Below the pieces are notes generated by a model. That model worked only from the letters and a program-made list of their open reading frames with translations, ran no database searches and was not told the DNA's origin. From an uncultured Clostridia bacterium (GTDB lineage: Bacteria > Bacillota > Clostridia > TANB77 > CAG-508): a stretch of 64,000 nt of DNA. Below, piece by piece: positions 32,800-43,648 of the stretch. The number at the start of each line of letters is the position of its first letter. Position 1 is the first letter of the stretch. The stretch spans positions 5,953 through 69,952 of the forward strand of contig CANQCV010000006.1 of NCBI GenBank assembly GCA_947591045.1, given 5' to 3'. A program made the position numbers and the translations under genes.

Positions 32800-33003
32800 T
32801 TTTTATATAGCAATGTTTTATGAAAACTCATTACTTTTTATTATTTTACTTTTTTATTCATTATGTATATAGCAAAAATGTTTGTATTTTTTCTTTAAAA
32901 AGCCTACCACTCTAATAATTTAGTGTGATAGACTTTTTGTCAATATATTTTATTTTCTTATATAGTTTTAATGTATTATGTTTATTAGATGTTCATTTTT
33001 CTA

Positions 33004-33047
33004 ACCTGTCCCTTTTACGACAAAAATGGGAAAAATGGTCAAACCCC
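33004..33047. repeat. REP-like dispersed repeat, copy 1
   Basis: ACCTGTCCCTTTTACGACAAAAATGGGAAAAA (32 bp) is identical to 56696-56727. Confidence 0.8.
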
Positions 33048-33056
33048 ATCACCCCA

Positions 33057-36000
33057 TCAGCCAAATAGGCTAATTTGGTTACTTTGACTCATTCCTTTTA
33101 AGCATCCTACTTTTTCTAACATGTCGATTACAGACTTACCAATTTTTGAACGAATTTTCATATCATCTATTGACATGAATTTTCCCTCTTTTTTTGCCTC
33201 ATCAATTCCCTCTGCTGCCACTGTTCCAAGTCCTGGTATACTATTTAATGGTGGGCGTATTCCGTCCTCTTCTACGATAAATTTTGTTGCATGAGATTTA
33301 TATAAGTCTATTGGTAAAAACTCTATTCCTCTTTCATACATTTCTAAAACAAGTTCTAGGATAGCATACATATTTTTGTCTTTCGTGCTTGCTCCATTTC
33401 CAGCTAAATCTATTTCTTTCATTTTATTTAATACTTTTTCTTTTCCATAGCACATAACATCACTGTCAAACTCATCAGCTCTAATTGTAAAATATGCTGC
33501 ATAGTATGCTTTTGGCTGATGTACTTTAAACCAAGCTATACGAAATGCATTTGTAACATATGCTGCTGCATGTGCTTTTGGGAACATGTATTTTATTTTT
33601 TCACAAGACTTTATATACCAATCTGGTACATCGTTTTCTTTCATTAGTTTTACATATTCTGCCCATTTTTCTGGATCTTTTAACGCTTTTCCTTTACGCA
33701 CAAGCTCCATTATTTTAAATGCTGGATTTGGTGGAACACCTTTTTTTATAAGGTATATCATTATATCGTCACGGCAACAAATTGCCTCATTTAAGGTCAC
33801 TGTTCCCTCTTCTATTAAACTTTGTGCATTTCCAAGCCATACATCTGTACCATGCGACAATCCAGAAATGCGTATTAGTTCATCAAATGTAGTTGGCTTT
33901 GTATCAACTAACATTCCTCTTACAAACTTTGTACCAAACTCTGGCACTCCATAACTTCCTACTTTACTTTTTATTTGCTCTGGTGTAACTCCTAAAGCAT
34001 CTGTTGAGCTAAAAATTGACATTGTTTCCTTATCGTCTAAAGGTACTTTTGTAGGATCTATACCTGTTATATCATATAACATCCTTATCATTGTTGGATC
34101 ATCATGTCCTAAAATGTCTAGTTTTAATAAGTTTTGGTCTATTGAGTGATAATCAAAATGTGTTGTTATTATATCTGAATCTGGGTCATCTGCTGGATGC
34201 TGTACTGGGCAAAATTCATAAATTTCTCTTCCCTTTGGTACAACAATAATTCCTCCTGGGTGTTGTCCTGTTGTTCTTTTAATTCCTGTACAACCTTGTG
34301 CTAACCTTAATACCTCTGCATTATTAATTGGTATTCCTTTTTCCTCATAATATTTTTTTACATATCCATATGCGGTCTTATCTGCAACAGTACCAACTGT
34401 TCCTGCTTTGAATGTTGTTCCTTTTCCAAAAATAACCTCTGTATATTTATGAGCTTTTGCTTGATATTCTCCTGAAAAGTTTAAGTCAATATCAGGCTCT
34501 TTATCTCCATTAAAGCCTAAAAATGTTTCAAATGGAATGTCAATTCCGTCTTTTACCATTTTAGTTCCACATTTTGGACAGTCTTTATCTGGCAAATCAA
34601 ATCCACATGCATAGCCATAATCTGTAAAATCAGAATATTTACATTTTGGACATCTGTAATGTGGTGGAAGTGAATTTACCTCTGTAATTCCCGTCATATT
34701 TGCTACAAAAGACGAACCAACTGAACCTCTTGAACCAACAATATAGCCATCTTCATTTGATTTCCACACTAACTTTTGAGCAATAATATACATAACGGAG
34801 AATCCATTTTTTATAATTGAATTTAGCTCTTTATCCAATCTTTCTTGTACAAGTTCTGGCAAAGGATCTCCATATAGTTCATGTGCTTTCTTAAATGCAA
34901 TATCTTTAATTGTTTGTTCACAACCCTCAATATATGGTGGGCATTTTTCAGGAGAAATTGGGCTTATTTTTTCACACATATCTGCAATTTTATTTGTGTT
35001 TGTTACAACAACTTCATATGCCTTTTCTTCCCCTAAATATTCAAATTCTTTTAGCATTTCTTCCGTTGTACGCAAATATAGAGGTGCTTGTTCATCACTA
35101 TCTGCATATCCTTGACCTGCCATTAAAATTCTTCTATAAATTTCATCTTGTGGATCCATAAAATGAACATCACAAGTTGCTACTACTAACTTTCCTAACT
35201 TATCTCCTAAATCTACAATCTTTTTATTAATTTCTTGTAAGCCCTCAACATCTTTTACTGTGCCGTTTCTTACCATAAACATATTGTTTCCATTTGGCTG
35301 AATTTCTAAATAATCATAGTCACTTGCAATAGCTTCTATTTCTTCGTCTGATTTTCCTGCAACTATTGCTCTATATAGCTCTCCTGCCTCACATGCACTT
35401 CCTAAAATTAGCCCCTCTGAATATTTTTTATATATAGATTTCAAAATACGAGGTTTTTTATAAAAATAATCTAAATGAGAAAATGAAATTAGTTTATATA
35501 AGTTTTTTAAACCTACATAATTTTTGGCAAGTATAATGGCATGATAAGTCTGTAACTTTTTATAGTCTGCTTTTCCTGCCTCTAGGCTGTCTATATCTTC
35601 TACCTTTTTTGCACCCTTTTCTTTTAACATATTTAGCATTATATTAAATACTTTTACTGTTGTATCAACATCATCTAACGCTCTATGTGCAACTTCTACT
35701 TCTATTCCTAAATTTTCTGCTATTATTCCTAATTTATATTTTTTATAATCTGGAAACAAATCTTTTGCTAGCCTTAATGTATCTATATATGTATTTTCCA
35801 AAGTATAACCTAATTCTTTTGCATTATATTTTAAAAATCCAATATCAAAATCTGCATTATGTGCAACCAAAATAGAATCTCCTATGAATTCTAAAATTTT
35901 AGGAAATACTTTGTCTATTGTTTCGGCATTCTTTACCATGTCATCTGTGATATTTGTAACTTCCACTACTTTTTGTGGTATTGGTTTTTCAGGATTTACA

Positions 36001-37418
36001 AAGCATGAGAATTCGTCTATAACTTCTCCGCCTTTTATCTTCATGATTCCTACTTCCGTAATTTTTTCTGTTCTAAAAGAAAGCCCAGTTGTTTCTAAAT
36101 CTAGCACACAATAAGTTGTGTCTATATCTTGTCCTCGTGGAAATGATACAACAGGTGTCTTATCTGGTGCAAGATATGCCTCTACTCCATATATTATCTT
36201 CAAATCTGGATTTTTTTCTGTAAAATGATATGCCTCTGGAAATGCTTGTACAACTCCGTGGTCTGTAATAGCTATAGCTTTCATACCCCATTTGCTAGCT
36301 CTTTTTAATAGGTCAGTTGCAGATGTAACAGCATCCATTTGGCTCATTTGTGTGTGCATATGTAGTTCTACTCTTTTTTCTTGTGCTTCATCTTTACGCA
36401 TTTCTTTTTTTATTCCGGTAGATTCTATTATAGTATTTGCAATTACTCCCAACTCTTTTGCAAATGGATCAAACTGTGCTGTTCCTTCTACCTTTACGCC
36501 AGCTGACTTTTGAATTTTTTTAATTGTATCTTTTGCCTTATCTGATTCTACAAATGCTTTACAAGTAATAGTGCTACTTCCATCAAATAAATCAAATAAT
36601 AACAATATCTTTCCATTTTTTAGTTCTCTTGAATCAACATTTAAAACTTCCCCGTCTAGCAAGACTTTGCCACTATCAATACTTAAATCTGCAACCTTTA
36701 CTAATTGTTCCTTTATTTTTAAACTTTTTCCATAGATTAATGGTGTTTTTTCTTCTTCATTTTCCATAGAATCAGTCTGCTCTGTTTTATTTAAACTTTC
36801 TTGTTCATTACCACTTTTTTCATTTGTAATACTTACTTTTTGATTTTTTATTTCTTTTTTATATTCTTCTGCCTCGTGTTTTGCTTGCTCTACAGCTTGT
36901 CTTTCATTTTGCAAGCTTTCTTCTTGCATTTTTTTAATCATTTCTTCTGTAATATTTTCTATGTATTTTACTTTTAACTTTCTAGAATAAATATTCTCAA
37001 TTATTTCTGATAATATTTTGTCAAATTTTCTTGCCTCTAATACTTCTTTTGCTTTTAATGCTAAATTTACAACCAAATTATCATTTTCTATTTCTATTGA
37101 GCTATTTTTTAGCATAGCTTTTACTAGTGGGTGTTTATATGACATGTATTTTATAATATCTCCCCACTCTTCTTTTAAATCTATATCTACTTCTTTTTCG
37201 TATTGTACATAGATATTTACTTCTTTAATATTAAATCTCTTTTCTAAATACCTTTCAAATTCATATAAGTCAGCTATTTTTATAAACTCCTGACTTACAA
37301 TTTGTACTTCTAATTTATTTGTCTTTTTAAATAAATTAATATTTTTTATCTTTGCTGAATTTAATGCAAAACTATTTGAATTGTAATCTTTAAAAATTTC
37401 TTTTATTGTTTTTTCCAT
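33057..37418 (-). CDS. polC: DNA polymerase III PolC-type
   Basis: PHP domain ELHMHT, exonuclease DLETTG, GSRGSVGSS, PDIDLNFSG, YMFPKAHA. Confidence 0.97.
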   Translation of the reverse strand: MEKTIKEIFKDYNSNSFALNSAKIKNINLFKKTNKLEVQIVSQEFIKIADLYEFERYLEKRFNIKEVNIYVQYEKEVDIDLKEEWGDIIKYMSYKHPLVKAMLKNSSIEIENDNLVVNLALKAKEVLEARKFDKILSEIIENIYSRKLKVKYIENITEEMIKKMQEESLQNERQAVEQAKHEAEEYKKEIKNQKVSITNEKSGNEQESLNKTEQTDSMENEEEKTPLIYGKSLKIKEQLVKVADLSIDSGKVLLDGEVLNVDSRELKNGKILLLFDLFDGSSTITCKAFVESDKAKDTIKKIQKSAGVKVEGTAQFDPFAKELGVIANTIIESTGIKKEMRKDEAQEKRVELHMHTQMSQMDAVTSATDLLKRASKWGMKAIAITDHGVVQAFPEAYHFTEKNPDLKIIYGVEAYLAPDKTPVVSFPRGQDIDTTYCVLDLETTGLSFRTEKITEVGIMKIKGGEVIDEFSCFVNPEKPIPQKVVEVTNITDDMVKNAETIDKVFPKILEFIGDSILVAHNADFDIGFLKYNAKELGYTLENTYIDTLRLAKDLFPDYKKYKLGIIAENLGIEVEVAHRALDDVDTTVKVFNIMLNMLKEKGAKKVEDIDSLEAGKADYKKLQTYHAIILAKNYVGLKNLYKLISFSHLDYFYKKPRILKSIYKKYSEGLILGSACEAGELYRAIVAGKSDEEIEAIASDYDYLEIQPNGNNMFMVRNGTVKDVEGLQEINKKIVDLGDKLGKLVVATCDVHFMDPQDEIYRRILMAGQGYADSDEQAPLYLRTTEEMLKEFEYLGEEKAYEVVVTNTNKIADMCEKISPISPEKCPPYIEGCEQTIKDIAFKKAHELYGDPLPELVQERLDKELNSIIKNGFSVMYIIAQKLVWKSNEDGYIVGSRGSVGSSFVANMTGITEVNSLPPHYRCPKCKYSDFTDYGYACGFDLPDKDCPKCGTKMVKDGIDIPFETFLGFNGDKEPDIDLNFSGEYQAKAHKYTEVIFGKGTTFKAGTVGTVADKTAYGYVKKYYEEKGIPINNAEVLRLAQGCTGIKRTTGQHPGGIIVVPKGREIYEFCPVQHPADDPDSDIITTHFDYHSIDQNLLKLDILGHDDPTMIRMLYDITGIDPTKVPLDDKETMSIFSSTDALGVTPEQIKSKVGSYGVPEFGTKFVRGMLVDTKPTTFDELIRISGLSHGTDVWLGNAQSLIEEGTVTLNEAICCRDDIMIYLIKKGVPPNPAFKIMELVRKGKALKDPEKWAEYVKLMKENDVPDWYIKSCEKIKYMFPKAHAAAYVTNAFRIAWFKVHQPKAYYAAYFTIRADEFDSDVMCYGKEKVLNKMKEIDLAGNGASTKDKNMYAILELVLEMYERGIEFLPIDLYKSHATKFIVEEDGIRPPLNSIPGLGTVAAEGIDEAKKEGKFMSIDDMKIRSKIGKSVIDMLEKVGCLKGMSQSNQISLFG

Positions 37419-37450
37419 TTGTACATCTCCTTTTGCATTTTATAGCACAA

Positions 37451-38182
37451 TTATATTAATCTTGTTACATCATTAAATGTTACATAAATAGACAAAGCAA
37501 TTAATAGCATAAATCCTAACATTTGTAACTTTATTTCAAAATCTTCTTTTAGTGGCTTTTTTCTAATTGCCTCTATTAGTAATAAAACTACTTTTCCTCC
37601 ATCTAGTGGTGGGAATGGAAGTAAATTTGTTACACCTAATGACATTGATATTATTGCTAATATATATACAAAATCTACTATTCCACTTGTCTGTGCAACT
37701 ATTCCTGAAATTCCAACAGGTCCCATTAATTGGTCAGCTGTAACTCCTCCTGAAAATAGCAGTTTTAAACTTTCTACAATAGAAAAAATAAAATTACCGG
37801 TGTTAGAAAGTGCTACTCCAAAATCACCTGTTATTATTGTTATTAATATTAAGTATGTTATTATTGCAAATAAAATGTTTACTAATCCACCTGCTGCAAC
37901 AATTGCAATTCTTTTTGGAATACTTGCCTCACTAAAAGAACCCTCTTCGCAAGAGCGTTCTTCTTCTCCTTCCATGTTTACAAATCCGCCAAGAGGTATT
38001 AGTCTTAAAGCATATTTTGTTTCTTTACCCTGTTTTTTCCATATTGTAGGTCCAAAACCTATTGCAAATTCCTTTACTTTTACTTTGCAAAGTCTTGCTA
38101 CAATAAAATGTCCTGTTTCATGTATTAAAACTAAAAAGCCTAATATAAAAATAACTTTAAATGCAGTAATAATAAAGTCCAA
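37451..38182 (-). CDS. rseP: Site-2 protease RseP-like (no PDZ domain)
   Basis: HETGH, AIGFGP, IPLGGF and NLLPFPPLDGG motifs. Confidence 0.85.
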   Translation of the reverse strand: MDFIITAFKVIFILGFLVLIHETGHFIVARLCKVKVKEFAIGFGPTIWKKQGKETKYALRLIPLGGFVNMEGEEERSCEEGSFSEASIPKRIAIVAAGGLVNILFAIITYLILITIITGDFGVALSNTGNFIFSIVESLKLLFSGGVTADQLMGPVGISGIVAQTSGIVDFVYILAIISMSLGVTNLLPFPPLDGGKVVLLLIEAIRKKPLKEDFEIKLQMLGFMLLIALSIYVTFNDVTRLI

Positions 38183-38201
38183 AACTATTTTCCTCCACTA
38201 A

Positions 38202-39008
38202 TTACAATAATACTAATAAAAAGTATGCAAATGGTAATGTAAATATAACACTATCAATTCTATCTAACATACCACCATGACCTGGTATTAGATTGCTATA
38301 ATCTTTAATCTCACAATATCTTTTAATACTAGATGCTGCTAAATCTCCAATTTGACTTACTACACTTAATAATATTGCAATAAATGTAACATATGCATAA
38401 CTTATATCCATAGAGAAACTATAATTGCAAATTGCTGTATATGCTAACATTAAAACCACTGCGCCTATAACTCCACCAATGCATCCTTCTATTGATTTTT
38501 TAGGGCTAACATCTGTAAATTTATGTTTTCCAAATTTTCTACCAATAAGCCATGCGAATGTATCTGTTCCCCAACTACTTAAAAATACAAACCAAATTAA
38601 TATCTTTCCATTTGGAATATTTTCCCTTATAATTGATGCGAACATTAAAAATAACACAATATAGCATATTCCAAAAAAGGTAATTGCAATATCTACTATA
38701 TTAAATTTCATATTACTTAAAATTATATTTACAAAAAGTATCAGTATTGAGATTGGAACAATTGCAGCAACAATTGGTAAAATAAAATCTGATGGTATTA
38801 TATGTATAATAGCAATGGCAGCAGCTGCTATATATCCTACCCATTCAATTGGTTTAGCTTTTTGTCTAAATGCCTTATAAAACTCATGCAAAGACATAAT
38901 AGCTATTATACTAATTCCAATATCTATTATATATTTATTTCCAAATATCATTATGAGTGCAAATATTGGAAATAATATAGCACCAGATAAAATTCTTTTC
39001 ATTGTCAT
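38202..39008 (-). CDS. cdsA: Phosphatidate cytidylyltransferase
   Basis: SPKKSIEG, GDLAASSIKR and PGHGGMLDRIDS motifs. Confidence 0.94.
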   Translation of the reverse strand: MTMKRILSGAILFPIFALIMIFGNKYIIDIGISIIAIMSLHEFYKAFRQKAKPIEWVGYIAAAAIAIIHIIPSDFILPIVAAIVPISILILFVNIILSNMKFNIVDIAITFFGICYIVLFLMFASIIRENIPNGKILIWFVFLSSWGTDTFAWLIGRKFGKHKFTDVSPKKSIEGCIGGVIGAVVLMLAYTAICNYSFSMDISYAYVTFIAILLSVVSQIGDLAASSIKRYCEIKDYSNLIPGHGGMLDRIDSVIFTLPFAYFLLVLL

Positions 39009-39040
39009 ATTATTTATATTCCTTCCATTTTTTATATTTT

Positions 39041-39763
39041 TTATTTACCACCAAATTTTCTATTTCTATTTTGGAATGTTTTAATTGCATTAATTAAATC
39101 TTCTTCTGAAAAGTCTGGCCAATATTTATCTATAAATAAAAATTCTGTATAAGCAAGTTGCCATAATAAAAAGTTACTAATACGAAGTTCTCCACCAGGG
39201 CGAATTAATAAATCTGGTTCTGGCTCTCCTCTTGTATATAGATTATTTGAAACTAGTTCCTCATTTATATCTTCTACTTTTATTTTGTTTTCTTTTACAT
39301 TTTGTGATATTTTTTTAACTGCTTTTGTTATTTCGTCTCTTCCACCATAATTAAAAGCAATATTTAATGTAAGCCCATCATTCTTATTTGATTCTTCTAC
39401 TAATTTTTCAATATTACTTTTTAAGTCTTTATCTAACTTTTCAATATCTCCTAATACTCTTATTCTAATATTCTTTGTACTTGCCATTTTTAAAAATTTA
39501 TCTACATAAGATTTCAAAAGTAGCATCAAAGCACCTACTTCATCTTCGGTTCTTTTCCAATTTTCAGTTGAAAATGCATAAACAGTTAAATATTTTATAC
39601 CCAAATCATTTGCAAAATATGCTAATTTTTCTAAATTTTCTGCACCTGCTTTATGTCCAAGTTTTGGGTCTAACCCTTTTTCCTTTGCCCATCTACGATT
39701 TCCATCCATTATAATTGCAATATGTTTTGGCATATTGCTTTTGTCAATATCATTTATTATCAT
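39041..39763 (-). CDS. uppS: Undecaprenyl diphosphate synthase
   Basis: HIAIIMDGNRRWA, FSTENWKR and RISNFLLWQ motifs. Confidence 0.96.
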   Translation of the reverse strand: MIINDIDKSNMPKHIAIIMDGNRRWAKEKGLDPKLGHKAGAENLEKLAYFANDLGIKYLTVYAFSTENWKRTEDEVGALMLLLKSYVDKFLKMASTKNIRIRVLGDIEKLDKDLKSNIEKLVEESNKNDGLTLNIAFNYGGRDEITKAVKKISQNVKENKIKVEDINEELVSNNLYTRGEPEPDLLIRPGGELRISNFLLWQLAYTEFLFIDKYWPDFSEEDLINAIKTFQNRNRKFGGK

Positions 39764-39782
39764 AACTTCATTTCCTTTTTAA

Positions 39783-40331
39783 TTATATACTCATTACTTC
39801 TTTTTCTTTTGTTTCTAATATTTTATCTATTTCTTCTACATATTTGTCTGTTAATTTTTGAATTTTATCTTCTGCCACTTTTAGCTCATCTTCTGAAATT
39901 TCAGAATCTTTTTGTGATTTTTTAGCTTCATCAAGTGCATCTCTTCTAATACTTCTAATAGCTACCTTTGCATCTTCTGCCATTTTTCTAACATCTTTTA
40001 CTATTTCTTTTCTTCTCTCTTCATTTAATTCAGGAAAAGCTAGTCTAATTACTTTTCCGTCATTATTTGGATTTATACCAATATCTGCTTTTAAAATTTC
40101 TTTTTCAATTTCTTTTAATATACTTGCGTCCCATGGTTGAATTACAATTAATCTTGCCTCTGGTACAGAAATACCAGCTACTTGATTAATTGGTGTTGGT
40201 GTTCCATAATAATCAATCATTACTTTATTTAATATTGCAGGATTTGCTCTACCTGCTCTTATTTCTGATAAGCTCTCTTCAAATACACTAATTGTTTTTA
40301 TCATTCTTTCTTCTATTTTATCATATTCCAT
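39783..40331 (-). CDS. frr: Ribosome recycling factor
   Basis: [15 protein letters not shown] and ERRKE motifs. Confidence 0.96.
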   Translation of the reverse strand: MEYDKIEERMIKTISVFEESLSEIRAGRANPAILNKVMIDYYGTPTPINQVAGISVPEARLIVIQPWDASILKEIEKEILKADIGINPNNDGKVIRLAFPELNEERRKEIVKDVRKMAEDAKVAIRSIRRDALDEAKKSQKDSEISEDELKVAEDKIQKLTDKYVEEIDKILETKEKEVMSI

Positions 40332-40345
40332 AATTTTCTTTCCTC

Positions 40346-41050
40346 CTATTTTATTAAGGTTCCTACTTGTTCTCCCTTAATTGCTTTAATTATATTTTCT
40401 GGTTTTGCAAGTTCAAACACAATCAATTTTATATTGTTATCTCTGCATAATGAAATTGCTGCACCATCCATTACTTTTAAATCTTTATTTAATATATCTA
40501 AATATGATATTTCATCATATTTTGTAGCATTTTTGTCAATCTTTGGATCTGCTGAATATACTCCATCAATTGTTTTTCCAACTAGAATAACTTCTGCATC
40601 AATTTCTGCTGCTCTTAATGCAGCTGCTGTATCTGTTGTAAAATACGGATTTCCTGTTCCACATCCAAATATAACTACTCTTCCTTTTTCTAAATGTCTA
40701 GTCGCTCTTCTTTTAATATATGGTTCTGCAATTTGTCTCATTTCTATTGCTGTTTGAAGTCTTGTGTCAATTCCTTTTGATTCTAATGCTGTTTGTAATG
40801 CTAAGCCATTCATACAAGTTGCAAGCATTCCCATATAATCTGATGTTGTTCTATCCATTTTTACACTTGCACCTCGCCAAAAATTTCCACCTCCGACGAC
40901 TACTGCTACTTGTACACCCAAATCTACAATGCTTTTAATACGGTCACATATTTGACTTACTACATCTGGATTAATTCCTGTCTTTTTTTCTCCTGCTAGT
41001 GCCTCTCCGCTTAATTTGAGTAATACTCTTTTATACTGAATATCCTCCAC
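40346..41050 (-). CDS. pyrH: UMP kinase
   Basis: [28 protein letters not shown] start after GAGGAG. Confidence 0.96.
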   Translation of the reverse strand: MEDIQYKRVLLKLSGEALAGEKKTGINPDVVSQICDRIKSIVDLGVQVAVVVGGGNFWRGASVKMDRTTSDYMGMLATCMNGLALQTALESKGIDTRLQTAIEMRQIAEPYIKRRATRHLEKGRVVIFGCGTGNPYFTTDTAAALRAAEIDAEVILVGKTIDGVYSADPKIDKNATKYDEISYLDILNKDLKVMDGAAISLCRDNNIKLIVFELAKPENIIKAIKGEQVGTLIK

Positions 41051-41229
41051 TTTTTTACACTCTCCTCATTTATCATTTTACTTTTTATAATTTTCTTATA
41101 TTCTATCATATAATTATATAATTTTGTATTATTTTTTTAAAATTTTCTTAAGATTTTTAAAATATATTTTTAATATTTTAAAAACTATTGCAAATACTAT
41201 AATAAAAATAATAATAAGGACAATTTTTT

Positions 41230-41911
41230 ATGAATCAAATTTTAGAATTTTCAAAAAATAAAGAAGATAAATTAGTAAATTCTCATTTACAATATAAAAA
41301 TACTAAAATTCATAGAATATATGAATTTCAATTTGTGTTTTTTTCCTCAATAGCAATAATATTTTTAATTGTGTTTCTTTTTCGTATACTAAAAAATTCT
41401 GAAAATGAAAAATTATCAAAACAGCTTATGAAAAATTATAAGGTGTCTACACTCTATTCTGAAAATTCTGACTATTCTGCTAAATTTCTTGAAAATAATA
41501 CTCTTAATAATTCTAATTCGCCTTTTGTAATTGGAATGATTAAAATTGATAAGATTAAACTAAATTATCCTATTTTATACGAAAGTAATAAAGAATATCT
41601 AACTGTTTCTTTATGTCGTTTTGCAGGTCCTATGCCAAATGAAGTACGGCAATCTTTGTATTGCAGGGCATAATTATATAGATAATAGATTTTTTGGTAG
41701 ACTTGATGAATTACAAAAAAATGACCTAATTGAAATTTACGATTTATCTGGTAAAATGGTTGAATATGTTGTAGAAAACAAATATGAAACAAAATCAAGC
41801 GATATGTCTTGTACTTCGCAAAATACTAACGGAGAATCTATTGTAACTCTTCTTACATGCAATAATGTTTCTAATAATAGATTAGTAGTAGTAGCCAAAG
41901 TAAAAAGCTGA
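41230..41911 (+). CDS. Sortase, 226 aa, needs a +1 shift at CGG 41647-41649
   Basis: ORFs 41230..41673 and 41621..41911 join as GPMPNEV-[C]-GNLCIAGHNY...VTLLTC...RLVV. The intact paralog at 2810..3490 reads GPDANEVGNYCIAGHNY. Confidence 0.88.
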
Positions 41912-41947
41912 AATTTACTATTAAAATTTCAGCTTTTACATTTTTAT

Positions 41948-42310
41948 TTATGCTTTATAATCTCTTATTTTCTTATATGCGAACATTGCAGATACAACAC
42001 ATACTATAATGAAAAACATTACTGTAATGTCTTCAGTTACACCTGTTTTTGGAAGTGTATTTGTTAAATTACCACTTGTATTTGTTGTAGGTTGTACTAC
42101 TGATGTACCATTTTGTTGAGTATTTGTTTCTGCAGTATTTGCAACATCATTTCCTGTAGTATCATTATCAAATATTAAATCAATATTTCCACTTAAATCG
42201 ATTGGATTGTCTGATTCTCCTGTTGCCAATACTTGTACGCTCATACCAATTAACAAAGCTATTGTTAATATTGTTATTACCTCTAACATAATTTTTTTGA
42301 ATTTCAACAT
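41948..42310 (-). CDS. Small LPXTG cell-wall-anchored protein
   Basis: Signal peptide, T/N-rich linker, LPKTG + TM + basic tail. Confidence 0.8.
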   Translation of the reverse strand: MLKFKKIMLEVITILTIALLIGMSVQVLATGESDNPIDLSGNIDLIFDNDTTGNDVANTAETNTQQNGTSVVQPTTNTSGNLTNTLPKTGVTEDITVMFFIIVCVVSAMFAYKKIRDYKA

Positions 42311-42509
42311 CTCTTACCTCTCCTTTTTCTTTAGACATTATTTCTCATTACTTATTATCTATTGTTTTAGTTTTTTTATACTACTAATCCAATAAATTTG
42401 ACATTTTTATTGTACTCTTTTTTAAAAATATAGTCAAGTATTTTTTGTCATTTTTTATTATATTTTTAATTTTTTTATTTTATTTAATTGTTTTTTAATA
42501 TAATTTTTG

Positions 42510-43601
42510 TTATACATTAAATCTAAATAGCACAATATCGCCATCTTGCATAACATATTCTTTTCCCTCTGACCTTACTAAACCTTTTTCCTTTGCTGCC
42601 ACCATGCTTCCTTCTCTCATTAAATCATCAAAAGATACAACCTCTGCACGAATAAAGCCTCTTTCTATATCACTATGTATTTTTCCTGCAGCCTGTGGTG
42701 CTTTTGTTCCTTTTTTTATTGTCCATGCTCTTACCTCTGGCTCACCTGCTGTTAAAAATGACATTAATCCTAATAAATCATAGCTTGCTTTAATTACTTT
42801 ATCTAAACCAGATTCATTTAATCCCAATGCTTCTAGCATTTCTTGCTTATCATTTCCATCTAAACTTGCAAGTTCTTCTTCTATTTTTACACATAGAGGA
42901 ACAACTTCTGCCTTTTCATTTTTGGCATATTCTACAACTTGTTTTACATTTTCATCTTCAAAAGGATTTGAAAGTTGCTTTTCTGATACATTTGCAATAT
43001 ATAGTATTGGTTTCATAGTAAGTAAATATACTTCTTTTAAAAATGCCTTTTCGTCATCTGTTAAATCAAGTACCCTCGCAGACTTACCCTCTTCTAATGT
43101 TTTCTTTACTTTTTCTAATACATCTAGTTCTTCTTGATATTTTTTATCAGCTTTTAATTTTTTCTTTACATTATCAATTCTTTTATCTATTGTTTCTATA
43201 TCTGCAAATATAAGTTCAAGATTAATTGTTTCTATATCTCTTGTTGGGTTAATACTTCCATCAACATGTACAATGTTTGTATCTTCAAAACATCTTACAA
43301 CTTCGCAGATACTATCAACTTCTCTTATATGAGATAAAAATTTATTTCCTAACCCCTCACCTTTACTTGCACCTTTTACTAGTCCTGCTATATCAACAAA
43401 TTCTATAATAGCAGGTGTTGTTTTTTCTGGATGGTACATCTCAGTTAATTTATCTAACCTTTCATCTGGAACTGCTACTACTCCTACATTTGGTTCTATT
43501 GTGCAAAATGGATAATTTGCACATTCTGCTCCTGCATTTGTAATTGCATTAAACATTGTACTCTTTCCTACATTTGGTAACCCTACAATTCCTATTTTCA
43601 T
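42510..43601 (-). CDS. ychF: Ribosome-binding ATPase YchF
   Basis: GIVGLPNVGKST, NYPFCTIEPN, DIAGLVKGASKGEGLGNKFL, C-terminal FRFNV. Confidence 0.97.
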   Translation of the reverse strand: MKIGIVGLPNVGKSTMFNAITNAGAECANYPFCTIEPNVGVVAVPDERLDKLTEMYHPEKTTPAIIEFVDIAGLVKGASKGEGLGNKFLSHIREVDSICEVVRCFEDTNIVHVDGSINPTRDIETINLELIFADIETIDKRIDNVKKKLKADKKYQEELDVLEKVKKTLEEGKSARVLDLTDDEKAFLKEVYLLTMKPILYIANVSEKQLSNPFEDENVKQVVEYAKNEKAEVVPLCVKIEEELASLDGNDKQEMLEALGLNESGLDKVIKASYDLLGLMSFLTAGEPEVRAWTIKKGTKAPQAAGKIHSDIERGFIRAEVVSFDDLMREGSMVAAKEKGLVRSEGKEYVMQDGDIVLFRFNV

Positions 43602-43648
43602 TTTATTTTCTCTCCTATCTTTTATGTTTCAATTTGCATTTTTACACT

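Noticed and set aside
32492..33056. Chromosomal origin oriC
   Set aside because: No dnaA or dnaN nearby, and gene orientation stays minus-strand on both sides.
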